A DNA stretch of 64,000 nucleotides from Macrostomum lignano. Lineage: Eukaryota. Numbering within the stretch: the stretch's first letter is position 1; each line of letters starts with the position of its first letter. The stretch covers positions 1 to 64,000 of the forward strand of contig NIVC01001619.1 in assembly GCA_002269645.1 (NCBI GenBank). The letters run 5' to 3'. This document shows, in pieces, positions 33,691-64,000 of this stretch. The notes under the pieces are model-generated. The model saw nothing but the letters and a program-made list of their open reading frames with translations. It was not told the origin of the DNA and did no database searches. A program made the translations under genes and the position numbers.

Positions 33691-35244
33691 TTGCATTGAT
33701 TAATGATTTCCGTCACTTACAAGCTTTCGCTCTTGCATTCGAGATCGACGTGAAAGGTACATGTACATGTATAGTATAGGACTCGGTAATTAGATGTACT
33801 GTACTGGGGCACTTGGGCACGGATCGGACAATTCAGCTGGTTATTGAAACATAATCTGGATTGACTTGAATACATCCCATAGTCGAAGCAAGCACGAATT
33901 TTCGGTTTAAGCGGCCGCTACAAATCAGTTGAAACTCTAGCTCTCACTGTATATTTCATCCCTTTACCTGAAGTACACCTGAGCGATATATACTCGTAGT
34001 CATGGAAAACTGGGCGTCATGCGGTGTATACGAGTGAGCCGAAGTCAATCGCTGCTCTTGCCAAATACATATGTATATAGCTGCAATATCGCAGTTGATA
34101 TAACATGTGCAAAAAAGTTTGTTGAGAGGATATTAAGAGCTGCCTGTAAAATTTTCACTTTGTGAATTTTTTTTAATTTTTAGAAAATTGCATGATTTCA
34201 ATAATACCCAACGATTAAGAGACAATTAAAGCTACTATATTCGTTGCTAATAATTTACTTTAATAATTACTATGTAGCATCGATCTGCAATCGAAAGTGT
34301 GCAATTAGTTTGTGGCAATAAAATTGCGGAGGTCATCTGTCTCTAGTGGGAATTAATTAATTATAAGGCCTGTCTAAAACACAAGGACCTAAGGACCTAC
34401 GACCTAAGGATCTAAAACTTCAAACCAAGGACGTTAGGATGTCCTTGAATCAAAGTAAAACATTATAATTATCGACTTCAATCGAAACGGCCGGGGACTC
34501 GAACGACCGGGGCGAGTTGCTTTAACAGTATTGATCAGCAAGTAAGGTTCCTGTTCAACGCTTCTACCCAAGACGAAATGGTGCGCATTTCTTCACTTTA
34601 ACAAATTATACCCAATCCTGTTAAGGTAGTGAGTTAAAAGGATTAGAGGATTGGTGAAAAAAAAATAAAAAAACTTCTTATCGGATGTAATGGAAGCAGC
34701 CACGATTATCTCGGTTTTTGCAGAATTCGAGTTATGTTTAACGGTAGTAGTGTCCAAGCTTTGTGTAGCGATATAGACACCATGTAATCGACCTTGAGGC
34801 TCTTCATATTGCTTGTTCTGGTTCTAGAACCAGAACCAATTTGTAAAGTATAACTTTTTTTGTCCTTAACTAGGGGTATATACTTGCTATAACCTCTTAA
34901 TTATTGAATGAAAATCGCCAAGAAGAAAGTGAAAAATTGTGCAAAGTGAGGCTGTAAAGGCAGTCAAATATTAACAGAGTTAAATAGTGCTGTTTTTCTT
35001 GGAAGATCCGAACCGATTTTGGTTCTGGAATTGGTAATGTGAAGAGGCTTCTAGATGGGCCCCCATGTAGTCTCCTAACAAGCAACATGTGGAGCAGGTA
35101 ATATAGAAATGGATATATTCAAAGCCTGCGAGCTTCTAAAAGGAGGGGAGGGGACCAAGGCATTGTTGGCAAGATGGTAGAGGGTCAGGGCCTTGAATGG
35201 CAACAACTTACATCACATCACTTTTCGTTCTTGAGACTTTTTGT

Positions 35245-35504
35245 CAGGGGCATAGCGAGGGGGGTATTGGTATATCGGCCGATACCCCCAAATTTCCAAA
35301 GCAACATTTTTTTTCCTTTTTTCAGTTGCAATTGTGACCGTTAAGGAAGAGAAAGGTATCCAAATCGAAAGAATAACAATTAACAAACAAATAATTATAT
35401 GTATTATGCACTAGAAATACATTAAGGGGATATGTGGATCTCAAGCCCTTGCTTTCTGATAACAGCTAACCGATACCCCAAAAAAAATCCTGGCTACGCC
35501 CCTG
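35245..35504. mobile_element. hAT-type MITE (260 bp)
   Basis: TIRs CAGGGGCATAGC / GCTACGCCCCTG and a perfect 8-bp TSD CTTTTTGT (35237-35244, 35505-35512). Confidence 0.9.
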
Positions 35505-38348
35505 CTTTTTGTAATTTTGTTGCAGTTTTTAATTCAAATTCAAATTATATATTGGATTATTGATTTATTGGGGTATATATTAATATATAGGCCTAAGCAC
35601 TATAGATAGACTAAAGATAAAAATATTTTAAACAGTCTGTTTTTACCAAACCATTGAAAATTTTAACCAATAAATTGTAGGCCTATTTAATGTCAATATT
35701 TCTGCTTATCGTAATAATTAACAAGGGGGGCTATAGCCTAGCACGGCTAGCAGTAGTGCAGCTACTCTGGTGTGCTAGCAGCCAGCAACCCAGGCTCGAT
35801 TCCTAGTGCAGTCACATTAATTTGGGGCTGAATTGGAATCTCGGCTTGGCTCTGCTCGTGCAATTAATCATATATGTGCAACTGCTGGCCAACCTGGCCA
35901 ATCTGGCCACTGTAAATTGTGGTGGACCAGGGGTAAGTCGCAAAAATACCCACCTCCAAAGAATACAGATGTAGTGCGATAGTACTAATTAGATGACAAG
36001 GCATTAAGCTCTTATAAGAGATTCATAGTTATTCTTGCCACTGTCATTTACCCAAAATTGCATTAATGTTGCTCTAGGGTTTCTTTCATAGATAGAGGTA
36101 AGTTGCATTTTTGATCAAAAAGTAAGTCGCATGGCCAGTGTAAATTAAGGGGTCGCACATGTATAAATTAATGGCCTTGAGAGCCAACCCCCCTCCCCAA
36201 GGATAAGGTAGAGTGAAGTGTAGTGTACATGCCTAACAATAAAATAAAGTTAGGGCCGCTATACACTTATGTGTGAGTATGTGCCTGTGTACATATCCGC
36301 GTGCTTATATGTCTACTTAGGGAAGTTGGTGGAGTGGGCAGTAATGCTTCTTGCCAGTTGTATGCCTTTGTTGCTTAAAGTGCACCAGGGTTCACACAAC
36401 CCCCTGCCTCTAATAAATAATATTGATTAACATTGTCATTGTATTATATTATTAGTACATTCTACTAATATATATTTATAATTAATATAATGCAATGATA
36501 TACAATATTTAAGCTATACTATACAATACCTATTTTTTCTCCACTGGGCTATAACCTTTACTTGGGATTATATAAGGATTATAAGCTAGGCCTAAGCCTA
36601 GTAGTAGTTAGAGCATTAGAATTATAATGATTGATGACTTGAAGGTTAGGGATTTAATTCCCCTAATTATTCTATATAAAATAGTTTGTGTCCTTGACCT
36701 TAGGCAAGGCATTTAAAGCCCAACTTTGCTTTCTTTTATCTAGGAAATCTTTTCATTGAAAATTAAATAAGTTATAGGGCCTAGACTAAATTCGCTGCAA
36801 AAAATATATTATAGATAAAGTTTAATAGGAAAATCTAGGTAATTAACTTAGTTGGAAAAATTGGATAATTAACTTAGTTTGAAAAGCTGGGCAGGCAAAT
36901 CTTAATAAGCAAATCTCTGTAGGCAATTTGTCTATAGGCAATTCTCATTGACCCTAGTTTTAAGGCCTAAATTTCCTGTTGTTTACCACAATGTAGCATT
37001 GTGGTACTAATAGCAGCATATATCAAAATTTGTAGTAGGCTATTTGCTATATGCCTTGCATATTTGGAACCTTATTGCTTAAGAATTTTTTTCCAAAAAT
37101 CCTAGAGTAAATAGAATGTTAAATAAAATATTGTCTTACTTAAAATAAATATTTGAGATATTATACAATATAAATTCTTAAGAATGAAGAGAATATTTAA
37201 ATAAAAATACTTTTTAAGCAGTTGATAAAAAACCTAATTTTTATAAAAAAAATTATTATATATATTAAATAGTCTTTTATATATTTTTTAGAAATTTATA
37301 GATTGTATACTAACTTGGCAGTGGTAACTTTTGTTCAAAACATCTTTAATTTTTTTAAATGAAAAATAGAAAAGTCTATTATTTTAAAAGTATAAATTAT
37401 TTTTTTCCAAGTAGTTTAAGTAGCTTCAAGTTCAAGTTCAAGTAAGTTCAAGTTCAAGTAACTAGTTCAAGTAGTAGTTTCAAGTAGCTTTTTATTTCAA
37501 GTATTAGCTTTTTGAAAATATATTTAAAATTCAATGTTTTATAATATAATGATATAAATATTTTGAAATTAAAATAATTTTTTAATATGGAACTTTTGAT
37601 TTAACCCAGCTAATATAATAGCTTTTGACAAAGACAAAATATATGTATCTAAAAAGCATTTTTGGTCTTTTAAAATTGCTCACTGTCACTGACTCATAAT
37701 GTATAAAAGGTTGTCCTCCTTGGGGTTTAGGATATTTGTTAACAAATGAACATTAGAGTGAACAATAGGCATAGAGTGAAAAATTAAAGTTAGCTAAGTG
37801 TAATTTAATGTGCAGAGTGAACAATAGAGTGCCACTTGTAGATAAAGGATAGCGCTAATGACATATTTTAAGGCATTTGTATATATACACTTAGATTTAG
37901 AACAGGGGTCAGCAAACTCTGGCCCACATGCAACCCACAAAGCATCTAGCCTTAGGGTCCTTTGAAACTTCAAAATAGCAATCTAGCCTGCTCATCTCCT
38001 CTCCTTTCCTGTCTTCTTCTCTTATCTCCTCTCCTCTACTCTCTCCTCTCCAATTTCATGTTTTTCTCCTCTTGTCTCCTCTCCTTTATGATCCTTTGCC
38101 TTTCATTCCCCTATTTCTCTTGTCTATTCCCTCTGACCCTCTCCTCTCTCTCCTCTGGCCTGCAGTCATGTACTAGATTATCTGATTGGCCCTTAATAAG
38201 ATAAGTTCACTGACCCCTAGCTGACTTATAAAAAGCAGAATTAGTATAAATGAAAAGTTAAGATTACTTTTATGACGCAAACAGTGCATTCAATCAGATG
38301 TAACTATAGCAACAACTTGTGTGTTTATAATTGCTTTTGCGCTTCGGC

Positions 38349-40896
38349 TTACACTCCAAAGATGGCATGGCGCTCAGATGTATGATCAGCAAAGGTCCAG
38401 GAAAGAGCCAGAAAATCCAAGCCCTTTACAACATCTCTATGCATGTGACTTACTGATACATCAGAGAGTCGATGCTGTGTCATTGTTGACTGCATCCAAG
38501 TCTTAATTCTACAAAGAGCACTAAATGTCCTCTCAACTGCTGCTACTGAATAAGGCAGAGACAAGATTAGCTTGAGAAGCTTTACCAATTGAGGAACAAA
38601 TTCCAAAGCCAATAGGCTGGCAGTTCAAAAAATAGCAACGACATTGCTGAAGCTCTTGACCTACTGTTGTCCTGTCTACTATACAACAATTAGAAGCAAT
38701 GAATGAAGCTCAGAATGGAGGTCATCTAGACAAAAGTCTTCCAAGTTGACTTGCAAACTGTTAGCATTGGCCAGAATTCCCGCAAGAATTCCCCCATTAG
38801 GATCAAGATAATTGCCTTTTGTAGCTTGCAGAAGGAGGGTTTCCATCTGCCTTGCAATCCTGATTCCAGGCTGGTTGAACCTAAAACCAAATATCGCACT
38901 CACACTATCCCCCGAGTAAGACAAAACAATTTTTTTTTGAGAAGCTGCTGCTTTCATTTGACTCAGCTGAGTCCTCATATTCAATTTGCAACACTGCCTT
39001 AACATTGGAATAAGTGCTAAGTCTTTTTCCTGACTTGCAGATAAAGTTGGCCATGCACTTTACATGCTCTAAAGCATCATAGATCACTTGCTCCTCCTTG
39101 CAGGCCTCTTGGATGCACAGATCTAGGGCATGGTTGGCGCAATGATAATAGAGTGCACGTGGGTGCTTTTCCTGCAAAATAGCTTGTGCACCTTTAATTG
39201 CTCCACTCATGTTGCTGGCTCCATCAAACCCAAATCCACAACAATTTCCTAGGTTGATTTGTAAACAAATACAGACATCCATCAGTGCATTGGCCATAGT
39301 AGAACCTTTTGCATCGGGTAGGTAGTAGAACCCAACAAATGTGCCATGAACAGTGAAGCTTTTGTCAACAGCAGGGAAAACCATGCTTAGTTGTTCAGAG
39401 CCACTAATATCCTAGGTTGAATCAGCGAGAACATAAAAAACTTGCTCTTTGAATACCAGTCGTCACTACCTTTGTAACAGCGCTTGCAATAATAGAGATT
39501 ATCTCATTCTGCATATCATGCAATAGCCAATTGTCACGACAAATAAGCCAAGTTTTCAATGCGAGTATTTCTTTTGATCGCAAGTATAGAAGTTCAAAGT
39601 AATTTCCATTGCTAAACTCATGGCCCTGGAATGCTAGACCTTGTGAAAGCAGAGAGCCAGCAGTGTCAAACATTGTCTGCAAAACCACAAAGTGTTGCTC
39701 TTGCTGAGCATGGTGGCATGTCTGAAGCTGCTCACAAATCAATGCATCTCTCTGACCCAAGAGCAATCTTGCAGCCTATTGGTGTTGTTCACTTCTTTCA
39801 TGCAACAAAAACTTTTCTGGCTTTTTTTAGTTTGAAAAGCCATCAATAAGAGCCATCTTGACTTGTACCTGGCAGAAACAAGCCTCGCTTGTGAGTAGTC
39901 AGACAAGAAAAGCATTGCATACTATCATTCAATGTAACAGTGCATCCAAGGGTGCTTTTCAAACCAGGATAGTTGAAAGCTTCTTGATGAGCCACTTATG
40001 GTTTTGGTTAGAAAAACAAATTGCTTTGGTTGAAAAGGCTGTTCAGGCAGAGATGTATAGCTGCCTTTTGCATTCATCTGTTGCGATTGCGTGACAGTGT
40101 CAGTGATATAAGATTTGTTACTCACTGACGGTATCGCATCTGGAAGCATTGTTGGAACTGCTTCAGGAAGCTCACTGAATACCTGCTGATTTGCTGTAGA
40201 CTTGGCATTTTTAGCTATTGATGCCAAAGCATTGTCATTGACTGGATCAGTCCCTGCAGTCCTAGCCCCATAAATACATATAGACACAGAAGTGTCAGTG
40301 GCTGATGCAGAGCTAGTAGTACTTGGCAAAAACATAGTCTTGTCTACTTGAATCGCTTGCTTGGTGGTGGATTGCTCATAGTACTATTATTTATCTATTA
40401 GTCATCCACATATATTATTGTAGTTGATATATAAAAAAATTAATGAAAAAGTAATATCTACAAGCTACTTGGCCAGAAGTTTTATAGCAATCAAACTCAG
40501 TTTGTTAAAGCTAGTTGTTGTAATGTAATGCTGAAGAATTAAAAATAGAATTTGATGTGGGAGTGGAAACTAGATATTGAGGCATTAATTATATTAGAGC
40601 TCTACAGCTCTAGATAAATCTTTAACAACAAAGAGGTCTTTCTTTAAATGTATATACTGTGTAGGTTCAGAAATCAGGAAATAAAAACACCAACCCCCCG
40701 TCGTGTGATTGGTATGAGTGTACTACTGCTTGTATCCCAGACCCCACATGCCACCCCAAAAACGTTTTATTTATCAGAGCCCAGGCCCAGCTAGCAAATC
40801 AGAGCCAGAGGGAGGTGGGCGTCTGGCGCTTGTACAGTTTAGGGTACAAAGTATGGGCTTCTATGAATGAGACCCCTTGGCCCTAGCACGGCTCTG
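38349..40896 (-). mobile_element. Decayed hAT transposon (ZMYM1/TTF-zinc finger-DUF4371-hATC type transposase)
   Basis: Fragmented ORFs: 39925-40335 (RSFQLSWFEKHPW), 39422-39766 (GLAFQGHE..GNYFELL..MQNEII), 38905-39384 (GFGFDGASNMSG..YYHCANHALDL) and 38349-38612 (LPYSVAAVERTFSAL.RIKTW.QSTM...RLS). A TIR-like end CTAGCACGGCTCTG lies at ~40883-40896. Confidence 0.88.
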
Positions 40897-41516
40897 CCCT
40901 ACCCTGTCTTGTGTGCTGCTGCATGATATAGACCAGTTCAGTAAATTTAAACAAGTTTAAATATAAGAAAAATTATGCTGTTGAACTGTATTTGAGGGGG
41001 ACAATGCCCCCCCCCCAACTCAATGTCAGGGGGGGCAGCTGCCCCCTGTGCCCCCCCCCCCCCCCTGTTTCGCGGCGCTTGTTTATCACTTATCTAGGCT
41101 TTAACTTTTTTCTTTGTCATAAGAAGGTTTTTTGTTTTACTTAATTAATTTTAAAATGTTTTTCTTGTGTAGCCTTAAAATATTTGTTCTGTTCTCAGTT
41201 TTTGCAATATATATACTTGATTTAGCTAGCTAGACATGAGTAGACATTACCTGATTGCTATATATGTATAAATAAGGATACTAAGAAATCTATATTCTAA
41301 TAATTATTAAGGATTTAATACTTATTTTAGTTTGCTAATCTTTCGTTTTAAGTCACCCAAGTGTTTTTCATGCCCTATTTTTTGCAGAACAATAGACAAG
41401 CATTATCTACCTTACAGTTGCTATTTATGCAATCTAGTTAGTGAAATTCAAGGAAAAAGACTAGCAAAGCATGTCTTTGTGTTGAAATTCTAATCTGAGT
41501 ATTTAGACTTGCATAG

Positions 41517-62958
<21,442 letters not shown>

Positions 62959-63379
62959 ACTGTGCGATATAATTAGTCTTAGGATAGACTAGCAATCCAT
63001 TCCATGATTTATTATTACATAATAATCTGTGTGCATCTTATAAGATCAAGTTGGGATTTAGAGTAGTAGATTAATTATTAATCATATCTGATATAAGAAG
63101 TCCTTAAAATCAATTGTATCTCTGACTTTATTGCTCTGCTTGTAATTAAGTAAATATTTAATTTGCTTTGATCATTGTTATTTATACCTGATTAAAAAGT
63201 GACACATTCCTCATTAAGTCCTGATTAGCCAGCATGTGATTAATTGGAATTTTCCTGCTAATTATATTCGGTCATTTTTCTCTATAGTAATGCAGACTTG
63301 GGTTTGTGTGTGTAACCATAACACCTGCAATGTTTGCATTATATAGGATTATTGCTGCTTGATTCTTAATAAATCGCCA

Positions 63380-64000
63380 TCACCTCAGTCTCACCTTGAT
63401 TCTCAATCTCTCTCACCTCAGTCTCACCCTGATTCTCAATCTCCCTCATCTTGATTGTCAATCTCTCTCATCTCAGTCTCACTCTGATTCTCGATCTCCC
63501 TCACCTTGATTGTCAATCTCTCTCATCTCAGTCTCACCCTGATTCTCAATCTCCCTCACCTTGATTCTCAATTTCTCTCATCTCAGTCTCACCTTGATTC
63601 TCAATCTCTCTCACCTCAGTCTCACCTTGATTCTCAATCTCTCTCACCTCAGTCTCACCCTGATTCTCAATCTCTCTCACCTTAATCTCACCCTGATTCT
63701 CAATCTCTCTCATCTCAGTCTCACCCTGATTCTCAGTCTCCCTCACCTTGATTGTCAATCTTTCTCACCTCAGTCTCACCCTGATTCTCAATCTCTCTCA
63801 TCTCAGTCTCACCCTGATTCTCAATCTCTCTCACCTCAGTCTCATCTTGATTCTCAATCTCTCTCACCTCAGTCTCACCCTGATTCTCAATCTCTCTCAT
63901 CTCAGTCTCACTCTGATTCTCAATCTCCCTCACCCTGATTCTCAATCTCTCTCACCTCAGTCTCACCCTGATTCTCAATCTCTCTCACCTCAGTCTCACC
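63380..64000 (+). repeat. Downstream minisatellite, 33-bp unit (CTCAGTCTCACCCTGATTCTCAATCTCTCTCAC)
   Basis: At least 18 units, running off the end of the window. Confidence 0.92.

Noticed and set aside
34440-36750. Additional tRNA/SINE-like heads (~34480-34570, ~35730-35815, ~36600-36720)
   Set aside because: Only partial A/B-box or CORE-like words are present, too degenerate to delimit.
37905-38218. Possible hAT MITE (CAGGGGTCAGCAAAC ... GTTCACTGACCCCTAG)
   Set aside because: The TIRs are imperfect and no 8-bp TSD could be matched.

Overview
This is eukaryotic (metazoan) genomic DNA. GC/CpG-rich exons, AT-rich intergenic DNA, GT-AG introns and abundant minisatellites suggest an invertebrate, possibly a Macrostomum-like flatworm (inference only). 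(1) 2090-18533 is a ~16.4 kb quasi-palindrome with arms 2090-10157 and 11895-18533 and a 1.7 kb spacer. The arms carry a purine/pyrimidine tract, a LINE RT remnant and a 30-bp minisatellite (99 vs 52 units). The spacer holds Tc1 and RNase H remnants. (2) 21441-28850 (+) is a NACHT/STAND + WD40-like (NWD1/2-like) gene. Its 5' end is lost at an N-gap, it carries frameshifts and stops, and it appears to end in a Dpy-30 motif exon. (3) 31703-33191 (-) is a small, probably secreted WSC + PAN/apple-like protein gene. (4) LINE, SINE, hAT and MITE remnants are scattered throughout. (5) 41544-62958 (+) is a complete, phase-consistent 10-exon DENND4 gene (5172 nt CDS, 1723 aa). All nine of its introns contain different tandem repeats, and intron 1 also holds a Penelope-like element with an inverted pLTR and a hammerhead-like motif. 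Most long ORFs in the track are by-products of stop-free repeat units. Coordinates were read by hand and may be off by a few bases, especially at repeat edges.
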